From positions 1 to 31,797 of IMG/VR virus record IMGVR_UViG_3300045988_073059: a DNA stretch of 31,797 bases, one strand, 5' to 3'. The notes beneath the pieces were generated by a model. It was not told the DNA's origin. It saw only the letters and a program-made list of their open reading frames with translations, and did not search any database. Below are positions 24,433-31,413 of the stretch, in pieces. Every line of letters starts with the position of its first letter. Within the stretch, counting starts at the first letter, position 1. This stretch comes from a virus. Made by a program: the position numbers and the translations under genes.

Positions 24433-24769
24433 TGAGCTTCTCCCTTTGTGTAAAGAGACTGTACGCATGGTTGCAAACCATCTGTGGCTCACGTTGCAGC
24501 TTCTTGGAGAGTGTCTCTACAATGGCAACGATGAGTGCGTCTTCCTTCTCACTCCAGATTCTGTGTGAGCGTGTAAGACTTGTTTTGCTTTGAAGTCCTT
24601 TGCTCCTTGCAAACACTTTGATGTCAGTGATTGAACGGTTAGGCATAAGGCGTTTGAAGCCTGACCAAGTTGGTCCATGCTTCGGTACTTCGCGCTCAAT
24701 GATTGCAATCTCCTTTTCCGTGAAGGGGGAGTGATCTAGTTCTTCATAGCTGCGTCTGAATCCATTCAC
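24419..24769 (-). CDS. Protein with two SANT/Myb-like repeats
   Basis: It has a GTG start with an AAAGGAAA RBS. The two repeats are FTEKEIAIIEREVPKHGPTWSGFKRLMP and IWSEKEDALIVAIVETL. Confidence 0.55.
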   Translation of the reverse strand: MNGFRRSYEELDHSPFTEKEIAIIEREVPKHGPTWSGFKRLMPNRSITDIKVFARSKGLQSKTSLTRSHRIWSEKEDALIVAIVETLSKKLQREPQMVCNHAYSLFTQREKLNEQA

Positions 24770-25014
24770 TTCAGCTTTCCTTTCTCATAAAGAAAGCGAG
24801 TCATCTCAACTCGCTTTCTCACTTCCTCTTTCTGTAGTTCTCGCTCCGATACGTTTGGAGCGTGTGCGTTTCGCTTAAAAATCGCTTTATCGCTATCTGA
24901 GAGACACGCTAAGGCGCAAACTCTCTTACCGTCAATAACTCCAGCCAAGGCACACGTAGAAGCGCACTCAGAGCCTGTGAAGGGGCATAGAAGATATTTA
25001 ACCTGCTTAGGCAA
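24766..25014 (-). CDS. Small Cys-rich protein
   Basis: Track ORF is 24766..25053. The most plausible start is TTG 25014, 6 nt after GGAGGTG, and it overlaps the helicase stop. The Cys-rich segment is CPFTGSECASTCALAGVIDGKRVCALAC. Confidence 0.5.
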   Translation of the reverse strand: MPKQVKYLLCPFTGSECASTCALAGVIDGKRVCALACLSDSDKAIFKRNAHAPNVSERELQKEEVRKRVEMTRFLYEKGKLK

Positions 25015-25960
25015 TGGAAACACCTCCATTCTGAATAAATGTTGAATAGGCACCTTTTAATTTGGCGGGTACTAAAATGCCAGTTCTACCTGCTTTGTTC
25101 TTTACTGTGTGTAGTGCTACCTCTTTGAATTGAGGAGTATCAATCTCACCTTTTGTGAGGATGAGTGCTGCCCAGGACGCATAACCAACTACACCAGAGC
25201 CACGGAACCAGTCCAAAGACGGTTCATCTTTAGCGTCTAACTTCTTTAGGCTTGAGAGCACAAGGAAAGGTATCTGCGTGTCAAAAGCAAGCATCTGAAG
25301 ATTGGTAGCAACTTGAGAGACGCGTGTGTATTCTTGCTTGTCGATGTCAGGAGTTCCTGTCTGGTACTGCTGAATGTAGTCAACGATGATAAGGTCTGGC
25401 TTATCTCCATCTGCCATAACGGTGCGCACGATCTCTTCTATTTGCGTTGTAGTTGATACGTTGTCGATGATGGCGAGATTGGGTGCGACCATATCGTCAT
25501 AGAGAGCAGCGTCAGCAAGCACGGCATTAGAGTGTCTAGCATTGAAGGCATACGCAGAGAGGTTTTGTAGTCCTTCTGGCAGTTGTAACTCTGTGCCTGG
25601 ACCCTTAATGACTGTGGACCACTCAAAGGGAACAACCGTGAGCCCTTGAGACTCTAGTCCTTGATTCTTCACCGACCAGCAACTCATGGAACGGGCTGTA
25701 ATGTTGCCCCACGTATCATCAAGCGTGAAGTAGATAACACGCTTGCCGTCTTGTGCCACTTCCGTTGCAATGTGTACTGCTAAGGAAGACTTACCAGCGG
25801 ACGCTACACCACCTAAAATCGTGAGTCCTGGCATAAGACCACCAGATAATGCATCATCAGCGATAGTGTGCGTCTTGAGTGGCTCTTTAGCTGCAAGATA
25901 GCACTCAACGTCCCAGCCATACTTTGGGCGGTTCAGCCGGCGCAAATATTCAAATGTCAT
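25007..25960 (-). CDS. DnaB-like replicative helicase (RecA-fold C-terminal domain type)
   Basis: Walker A is GGVASAGKSS. Walker B is LIIVDYIQQ. A further motif is FLVLSSLKK. Confidence 0.8.
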   Translation of the reverse strand: MTFEYLRRLNRPKYGWDVECYLAAKEPLKTHTIADDALSGGLMPGLTILGGVASAGKSSLAVHIATEVAQDGKRVIYFTLDDTWGNITARSMSCWSVKNQGLESQGLTVVPFEWSTVIKGPGTELQLPEGLQNLSAYAFNARHSNAVLADAALYDDMVAPNLAIIDNVSTTTQIEEIVRTVMADGDKPDLIIVDYIQQYQTGTPDIDKQEYTRVSQVATNLQMLAFDTQIPFLVLSSLKKLDAKDEPSLDWFRGSGVVGYASWAALILTKGEIDTPQFKEVALHTVKNKAGRTGILVPAKLKGAYSTFIQNGGVSIA

Positions 25961-26640
25961 TTGCGCTCACCTTTGCCCTCATTGTTTTCCCAGTAGCTTG
26001 CAATACGCTCTTCTGGTGTGAGGTCATCAATAACTGCTCGCATCATCAAATCAAAATCAGGGTCAGTCTCATGGATATAATCGAGCGTGCAATCCTTCTG
26101 CATGGCGGTCGCCGAGCGTTTAGCGAAGGCGTAGACCGCCATGACTGAAAACTTTTCTTCTCCGTATACGTAACAAGTAAGAGAGAGATTCTTTAAGGAA
26201 TCTCTCTTACTATCTGTATTCTGATGTGTATCGGTTTTTGCTTTATTTTTGATACACCCCTGTATCGGTTTCCTATGGGTTTTTGATACACCCTGTATCG
26301 GTTTTTCGATACACCTATCAACGAACCACCAAAATGTTCTGAGCGGTGTTTTACCGTCTGGTGTAGTGCCTACTGACACGATCAGTTCACGTTCTTCACA
26401 GTATTGAATGAATCGCTGTGCTGCTGGTACTGAACAATCACAAGCCTTAGCGATTGTACGAACTCCAAGCCTAAAGGACGGAATGTCTCCAATGTCTCTG
26501 ATTTGCGAGTAACAGAAGAGGAGCATGGTTGCCCTTGCTCCTCTTGTCTTGTCACTGAAGTTCTCGATAATTCGTCCGAGATGGCACGCAGCTGTTGTGT
26601 CCAGCTTCGCCCATCCAAGACCGTCTGTGTAATCAGCCAC
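25957..26640 (-). CDS. Replication initiator / replisome organiser (N-terminal wHTH) with an internal origin
   Basis: It has a GTG start with an AAGGAGGTG RBS. The HTH is VRTIAKACDCSVPAAQRFIQYCEE. The iteron cluster is encoded in the linker (KPIQGVSKTHRKPIQGCIK). Confidence 0.7.
   Translation of the reverse strand: MADYTDGLGWAKLDTTAACHLGRIIENFSDKTRGARATMLLFCYSQIRDIGDIPSFRLGVRTIAKACDCSVPAAQRFIQYCEERELIVSVGTTPDGKTPLRTFWWFVDRCIEKPIQGVSKTHRKPIQGCIKNKAKTDTHQNTDSKRDSLKNLSLTCYVYGEEKFSVMAVYAFAKRSATAMQKDCTLDYIHETDPDFDLMMRAVIDDLTPEERIASYWENNEGKGERK
26226..26320. repeat. Iteron cluster (candidate ori): units GATACACC(C)CTGTATCGGTTT, each containing the palindrome GATACA..TGTATC
   Basis: There are full copies at 26251..26271 and 26285..26306, and partial copies at 26226..26240 (GTGTATCGGTTTTT) and 26308..26320 (CGATACACCTATC). 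Confidence 0.7.
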
Positions 26641-26669
26641 GTGCCACCTCCTTTCTTACCTCATGGCTT

Positions 26670-27281
26670 CTAGAATGGAATATCCTCGTCTGCAAGCTCA
26701 ACGGCAGGTGCAGGAGCGTCAATGACTGCATTAACTGCATTGTCACGTGCATCTTTGACTTCATCAGTTTCGTATGGCTCTGCGAATTTTTGGTCAAAGT
26801 TGCCTTCTACTGCGTCTTTGCCAGGGATGAATGCGTTGACATCAACAGCTGTCTTAATCTTGCCCTCACTGTTGACGTAAGAGCGATGGCGGATGACAAC
26901 GCCCAGAAGCTTGCCAACGAGCGTCTGCTCTGCATCGTCTTTGTCCTCATAGACGAATGCCTTTGCACCCTTGCCCTGGGCAGTGTTCTCAACTGCTTCA
27001 GTGAGTGCCTTGTAACGCTGCTTACCAAACTCAGAATTGCCTGTGAAGTAGATGCGGAAAGAATGTCTCCAGTCATTGGAGGTGTCTGCAAGATCCTGTG
27101 CAAAGAGAAATGACTTAGTCTCCGCGTTCCAGATGTCGTAGACGAACTCAAGGTATGGCTTCTTCTCGTCTGTGTGGTCCTTAACACGTACAATTTTTGC
27201 AACGTATCCGCCAGGCTCAAGCATGGAAGAGCTACCACCGTTAGATGCGACTACCTTGTCAAAATTACCGAATGCCTTCAT
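26670..27281 (-). CDS. DUF669-like protein with an SSB-type acidic C-terminal tip
   Basis: The N-terminus LEPGGYVAKIVRVKDHTDEKKPYLEFVYDI resembles DUF669. The C-terminus ..ELADEDIPF mimics the bacterial SSB tail D-D-D-I-P-F. It lies next to the Sak4-like ATPase. Confidence 0.65.
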   Translation of the reverse strand: MKAFGNFDKVVASNGGSSSMLEPGGYVAKIVRVKDHTDEKKPYLEFVYDIWNAETKSFLFAQDLADTSNDWRHSFRIYFTGNSEFGKQRYKALTEAVENTAQGKGAKAFVYEDKDDAEQTLVGKLLGVVIRHRSYVNSEGKIKTAVDVNAFIPGKDAVEGNFDQKFAEPYETDEVKDARDNAVNAVIDAPAPAVELADEDIPF

Positions 27282-27294
27282 GATTTTCTCCTTA

Positions 27295-27315
27295 AAAATA
27301 GTGAATTAAATAAAT
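27295..27315. repeat. 21-nt AT-rich motif AAAATAGTGAATTAAATAAAT, matching 30002..30022 at 20 of 21 positions
   Basis: Read directly. It lies in the 40-bp gap between the ATPase and DUF669-like genes. Confidence 0.8.
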
Positions 27316-27321
27316 AGGAAA

Positions 27322-27939
27322 TTAAGCGAGTGGCTTCATATCCCAGTAAGCACGAATAGTGCTGTCAACCTCTTTGAGGTCGTTGTCAATTACGAGCTCA
27401 TCAAACATACCCATAGGGGATTTGGCGGGCGTTGAGCCGTCTGTCTGTGTGATGAAGTGGTAGCCTGTGTCATCACGTTCGGTGATGAGAACGATTGGAA
27501 ACATTCCCTCAATACAGAGCTGGTTGTCGAGCATCTTGCCAATCGTCTTAGGCTTCAATCTCCCTGCATCGTCATAATCAGGGTGCATAAAAAAGTAAAC
27601 GATTGTGTTCTCGTTTGTGTTGTTTGCAGCTTCCAAGAGTTGCTCAAAGTCAACTGCCATTGATGTGAACTTGTCATAGCCTTTCTCATTGGCTTTAGCA
27701 AAGCTTTGGAATGCCATAAGGTAGTTCGCATCATCGACTACATATGCTTTAAGCTTGTTAGCCTTAAGAGACTGCTTCATCTGAGCGTAGGTTGGATGGT
27801 CTACTTTGCTCATCTTTCCACGGAAGGGGAGTGGCTTGCCAGCCACGTTAAAAATGCCAATCTCGCCAGGCTTAAAGTTCCTGAGACTGGTTGACTTACC
27901 TGTGCCAGAATGTCCTAGCACAAGAACTGATACTCCCAT
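27322..27939 (-). CDS. P-loop ATPase (AAA_24 / Sak4-like recombination protein)
   Basis: Walker A is GHSGTGKST. Walker B is AYVVDDANYL. Its size of about 205 aa and its pairing with a DUF669-like gene fit the call. Confidence 0.7.
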   Translation of the reverse strand: MGVSVLVLGHSGTGKSTSLRNFKPGEIGIFNVAGKPLPFRGKMSKVDHPTYAQMKQSLKANKLKAYVVDDANYLMAFQSFAKANEKGYDKFTSMAVDFEQLLEAANNTNENTIVYFFMHPDYDDAGRLKPKTIGKMLDNQLCIEGMFPIVLITERDDTGYHFITQTDGSTPAKSPMGMFDELVIDNDLKEVDSTIRAYWDMKPLA

Positions 27940-27952
27940 AATCTACTCCTTT

Positions 27953-28309
27953 CTAAAACTTGTATTCTTTCTCCGAATGACCTGCTTCGTGGTATTTGCC
28001 ATGAAGTCCATTAGCTCTGACACACTCCATGAATGCTGGCATGCGTGACTCATAGACGCAGACATATTCGTGGTAGAACTCAACGTATTCTGTTCCAGGA
28101 GCTGTTGTGTGTTTCATGGTTGGCTTCCTTTGGTAGAAGTCCCATGCGGTCGAGTGGACCGCATGGAATTGAGCAGGTGTGTACGTATAGAGACCAAAGC
28201 AGACCGAGTCGAAGTCAATGCGCCATATTCTTATAAGACGCACATCTTCTGCGTTGGGCTCAACGTACTTAGTCGACTCTAGCTGCTTCATCTTGCTCAG
28301 CTGCTTCAT
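27953..28309 (-). CDS. Hypothetical protein
   Basis: It is a 118-aa ORF. The start is ambiguous (ATG 28309 or 28291) because of an 18-nt tandem duplication (GATGAAGCAGCT..). Confidence 0.5.
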   Translation of the reverse strand: MKQLSKMKQLESTKYVEPNAEDVRLIRIWRIDFDSVCFGLYTYTPAQFHAVHSTAWDFYQRKPTMKHTTAPGTEYVEFYHEYVCVYESRMPAFMECVRANGLHGKYHEAGHSEKEYKF

Positions 28310-28463
28310 CTAACTTAAAGCCAATGTTTGCTTCTTCCTTGGTTTGGTAATACCTGGATGCATGGTTGCAGTAAGGGCATCTGATACGCCAACCGTGTTC
28401 ATCGTGTTCAAGATCAAAGGCAGTGCTGCCCCAACCTTCATTGAGACATCTTGGGCAAATCAT
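28269..28463 (-). CDS. Small Zn-ribbon protein
   Basis: I moved the start to ATG 28463, which forms a TAATG overlap with the upstream stop. The Zn-ribbon cysteines are CPRC...CPYC. Confidence 0.55.
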   Translation of the reverse strand: MICPRCLNEGWGSTAFDLEHDEHGWRIRCPYCNHASRYYQTKEEANIGFKLDEAAEQDEAARVD

Positions 28464-28648
28464 TAGTACCGCTCCATGTAGCAGCCTTTGAAGCGTCTCC
28501 ACTCAAGAATCAAGCCAATCGCATTAGCCTTTCTTGAACCGTCATATCCCAACGAGATACCTTCATCCTTAGCAAGTGCCTTGATCTCCTTCATCGTCAT
28601 CTTTTCGAGACGCTCTCTGTCGGCTTGCTCTTTTGCCTTTGCATCCAT
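28463..28648 (-). CDS. Small protein with a HeH/SAP (Rho_N-like) motif
   Basis: The motif is MTMKEIKALAKDEGISLG. The ATG forms a TAATG overlap with the LPXTG gene stop. Confidence 0.55.
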   Translation of the reverse strand: MDAKAKEQADRERLEKMTMKEIKALAKDEGISLGYDGSRKANAIGLILEWRRFKGCYMERY

Positions 28649-29865
28649 TACTTCTCCTTTCTGACTAGATTGCTGGAGATGATGAATGCAAGTGCAGTCG
28701 TTCCAACTCCAGCTGCGACCGCAATAACTGCGTCATCTCCCGTTGCTGGTAAAGCTGCTTTCTTAGCCTTCTTTACCTTCTTGGCAGGTTTAGCTGGCTC
28801 AGGCTTAGACTGTGGATCCGGGTCAGACTCTTCTGGAGTAGGCTGTGGCTGTGGTCCTGGAGTTGGCTCTGGAGTCGGTGTTGGCTCTGGGGTAGGTGGA
28901 GTCTCCGGCTCAGTTGGCTGTGGACGATTGTCACCGTTACCGTTACCGCCAGAATCAGCTGCTACATAAGTCCAGACGCTAGAAGCTTGCTTCTCAGCTG
29001 AGTACAGCGTGATGGAGTTTTTAATGCGTGGATTCTTGGTTGTGCGGTAGATGAGGAAGTACTGCTCACCGTTAGCCATTGCATTGTGCAGGTTCAGTGT
29101 GAACGTGGAACCATTGATAGTTGGCTCATCAACCTGCACTGGCTGCCAGCCATAAGAGTCATCGATTGCCCCATATTCATCCATATGAACGCGGTAGAGC
29201 TTGAATGAACCTGGAACGTAAGAGCCCGCTTCAATGGAGTCTTCCAGGATGACATTGGTAAGGTTCATCTGGTTGACGTTAAGTCGCACCTTCCACTCGA
29301 TAGTGTCAGCGTCTGTGTCAGCAACGCCCCACTTAGCAATGACCTCGCCTGTGAGGACGTTAGGACGCTCAGTGTGAACTGTGAAGCTTACAACTTGACC
29401 GGTAGAGGTCTGAACGATTCTCAACTCTTCATGATCTAGTCCGTTATCTTCACCAATCCATGTTGCTAGCCATATTGAACCCTTGATGTTGTCTTTGCCT
29501 TCAACGTAGTTGGTAAAGGTGACGTGACATGTCTGAGTGAGCGGGTTAATCTCTGCAACTGCGCAGACTTCTCCGTCTGGCGTGTAAAGGTTGAAACTCG
29601 AAGCTGCGTCATCTGGGAAGCGCAGGAAGGTTGGAAGCTCAATGTCGAATGAATCGCCGTTGTGCAACTCCTGTCCTGTGGCATCCCAGTTGATATTCAT
29701 ATAGAACTTGGAATGCAAGCCTACTGAGTTGACCGGTTGCTTCTCTAGGTTTGTTACCTGAAAGCTCGTGAGCTGGACTGGTACCGTCTGAGCCTGTGCA
29801 AATGCTGGCACAAATACCAGTACTGCAAATACACAAACAGCCAGCCATTGAAGAAGCCTCTTCAT
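28648..29865 (-). CDS. Sortase-anchored (LPXTG) surface protein with MSCRAMM-like Ig-fold domains and a Pro-rich wall spanner
   Basis: The signal peptide is MKRLLQWLAVCVFAVLVFVPAFAQA. The adhesin-like N-domain contains WDATGQELHNGDSFDIELP...VTFTNYVEGKDNIKGS. The Pro-rich spanner is PTPEPTPTPEPTPGPQPQPTPE. The sorting signal is LPATGD, a hydrophobic helix and RKEK. Confidence 0.9.
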   Translation of the reverse strand: MKRLLQWLAVCVFAVLVFVPAFAQAQTVPVQLTSFQVTNLEKQPVNSVGLHSKFYMNINWDATGQELHNGDSFDIELPTFLRFPDDAASSFNLYTPDGEVCAVAEINPLTQTCHVTFTNYVEGKDNIKGSIWLATWIGEDNGLDHEELRIVQTSTGQVVSFTVHTERPNVLTGEVIAKWGVADTDADTIEWKVRLNVNQMNLTNVILEDSIEAGSYVPGSFKLYRVHMDEYGAIDDSYGWQPVQVDEPTINGSTFTLNLHNAMANGEQYFLIYRTTKNPRIKNSITLYSAEKQASSVWTYVAADSGGNGNGDNRPQPTEPETPPTPEPTPTPEPTPGPQPQPTPEESDPDPQSKPEPAKPAKKVKKAKKAALPATGDDAVIAVAAGVGTTALAFIISSNLVRKEK

Positions 29866-29874
29866 GGTTAAACC

Positions 29875-29907
29875 TTTCTATTAGGTTGTAAAAAATAGGG
29901 AATTTAT
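29875..29907. repeat. Copy B of a ~35-bp imperfect direct repeat (CCTTTCTATT..AAAATAGGGAATTTAT)
   Basis: It lies immediately upstream (minus sense) of the LPXTG gene start and includes that gene's RBS region. Confidence 0.7.
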
Positions 29908-29983
29908 GCGCTCATAACAAAAGCAATACCAGCGAGAATGCAGAAAATTAGAATAATTGTATCTTCAGCACCCGTGCGAGTCT

Positions 29984-30022
29984 CCTTTCTATTCGGTTTT
30001 GAAAATAGGGAATTAAATAAAT
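29984..30022. repeat. Copy A of the ~35-bp repeat, extended into the 21-nt motif AAAATAGGGAATTAAATAAAT
   Basis: CCTTTCTATT is at 29984..29993 and the 21-mer at 30002..30022. It lies directly downstream (minus sense) of the resolvase-like gene stop. Confidence 0.7.
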
Positions 30023-30028
30023 CGGTAT

Positions 30029-30391
30029 TTATTGCAGAAGCTCGTGACTTCCTGCAATCATTGCTGCGAGCGTCTCCAGCGTCATTGTGACGTATGTCTC
30101 GCCAAACGTTTTCTCGCCTGTGCCTTTGCGCTTATGAACCACTAAGCCGAACTCTGCGTCTGCGTTCCCGCGCTCTGTCTCGGCTTCTTGGAGCCACTTT
30201 GGCAGCTCCATACGCGTGCAGTTTTTGCACTCCACGACAACGGGAAGACCTCGGAAGAACACTCCTGCAATGTCTCCTCGGTCGTGTATGCCAGCTGTGG
30301 TTCTGCGCTCAATGTCAGCTCCGAGCCTTGCTGCGAGATACTCTGCTACTTGACGCTCAAACGCTGTGCCTTTCTGCTTCTGTTTGCTCAA
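30029..30391 (-). CDS. PD-(D/E)xK nuclease, Holliday-junction-resolvase-like
   Basis: The motifs are GTAFERQVAEYL, DRGDIAG and VVVECK (D...ExK). The size is 120 aa. Confidence 0.65.
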   Translation of the reverse strand: MSKQKQKGTAFERQVAEYLAARLGADIERRTTAGIHDRGDIAGVFFRGLPVVVECKNCTRMELPKWLQEAETERGNADAEFGLVVHKRKGTGEKTFGETYVTMTLETLAAMIAGSHELLQ

Positions 30392-30600
30392 TCTTCCACC
30401 ACCTCTGAGTCGCTCTGCTCATAGAAACAGCAACGTATGCTAGAGCCCTCAATTCTGTCTATCGTCTCTATTCCTCCGTACACGTCTCTAATCCGTCGCT
30501 CTGATTTATTTTTAATCCACTCTGCAAGCTCATTTTTGCTAGGGAAGAAATAAAGATTACCGCTGCAATCCTCTAAGGTGTATCCGAGCCTAGGCATCAT
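30388..30600 (-). CDS. Hypothetical small protein
   Basis: I moved the start to ATG 30600, which forms an ATGA overlap with the upstream stop and follows GGGTGGTGAG. Confidence 0.5.
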   Translation of the reverse strand: MMPRLGYTLEDCSGNLYFFPSKNELAEWIKNKSERRIRDVYGGIETIDRIEGSSIRCCFYEQSDSEVVED

Positions 30601-30926
30601 CTCACCACCCTTGCGCCACAATGAGGGCAATACTTAGGTAAAAGCGCTGCTCCAGTTATCGTGTCCCACAGTGCGCCACAATTTCCGCAACTGCTTGTGT
30701 AATATGGCTGAGCGTCGATACCGTCATCCTCACGCTTAATATCTGCGGTACATGTAGGGTCGATAAGGTCAGCTAGACGGTTGAAGAAATCTTGATAGCT
30801 TGTGATTTCATTTATGGCAATAATATTGGTAATCTCGTTGAGTACAACTGCTGGGTACGGACTTACTTCTTCGATATTTTCTCCAGCTTCACACAACTTC
30901 TTTGCTACTTCTTGACGGTTAGTCAT
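30597..30926 (-). CDS. Hypothetical protein with a C-terminal Zn ribbon
   Basis: The Zn-ribbon cysteines are CGNCG...CPHCG. The start is ATG 30926 after AGGTGA, or alternatively GTG 30935. Confidence 0.55.
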   Translation of the reverse strand: MTNRQEVAKKLCEAGENIEEVSPYPAVVLNEITNIIAINEITSYQDFFNRLADLIDPTCTADIKREDDGIDAQPYYTSSCGNCGALWDTITGAALLPKYCPHCGARVVR

Positions 30927-31413
30927 CGCTATCACCTAGGCTCTCTAACTGGTCGGCGATACGCCCTAATTCAACGTAAGGGCTAACACCTATCGAAGTA
31001 GCTTCATTTTCTAAGACGTATTTAATGCGCTGCGCAAGTGATTTAGTTGTTATATGCTCTTTGCGAGTTAGGAATTCTGCTGATGACAATATCTCAACGT
31101 TTCGCCCGTAAATGCGGAGGATAACTTTATTGATATCCAGCATATAGCCAATGACCTCGCACTTTATGTTATTGATATCGTACACCGTGTCACCAGGGCG
31201 AATAACCTCGCCGTCTTTATCAAGCGGTAGTTCAAGCATGTTTGACGTGTCGCAGAGGTCAATAATGCGGTCTTTAAGCGCTTTTAGATACTCTGTGTAC
31301 TGCATAGCGTATGGCGCGCGACTACCAAACAAAAGTTTATAGAACGGCAAATCAGAGTCACCGTAACTTTTGATTCTCTCAATGGTTGCTTCGCGTTCTT
31401 GTTTAGTTAGCAT
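30919..31413 (-). CDS. Hypothetical early protein
   Basis: It is a 164-aa ORF that overlaps both neighbours by a few nt. No motif was recognised. Confidence 0.55.
   Translation of the reverse strand: MLTKQEREATIERIKSYGDSDLPFYKLLFGSRAPYAMQYTEYLKALKDRIIDLCDTSNMLELPLDKDGEVIRPGDTVYDINNIKCEVIGYMLDINKVILRIYGRNVEILSSAEFLTRKEHITTKSLAQRIKYVLENEATSIGVSPYVELGRIADQLESLGDSDD

Noticed and set aside
29910-29990. Possible mini-ORF (minus strand) encoding a hydrophobic peptide ..EDTIILIFCILAGIAFVMSA in the spacer upstream of the LPXTG gene
   Set aside because: The frame has no ATG, GTG or TTG start downstream of the AAAGGAG. The only GTG opens a 7-codon frame. I could not support it as a gene, although ribosome profiling could revisit it.
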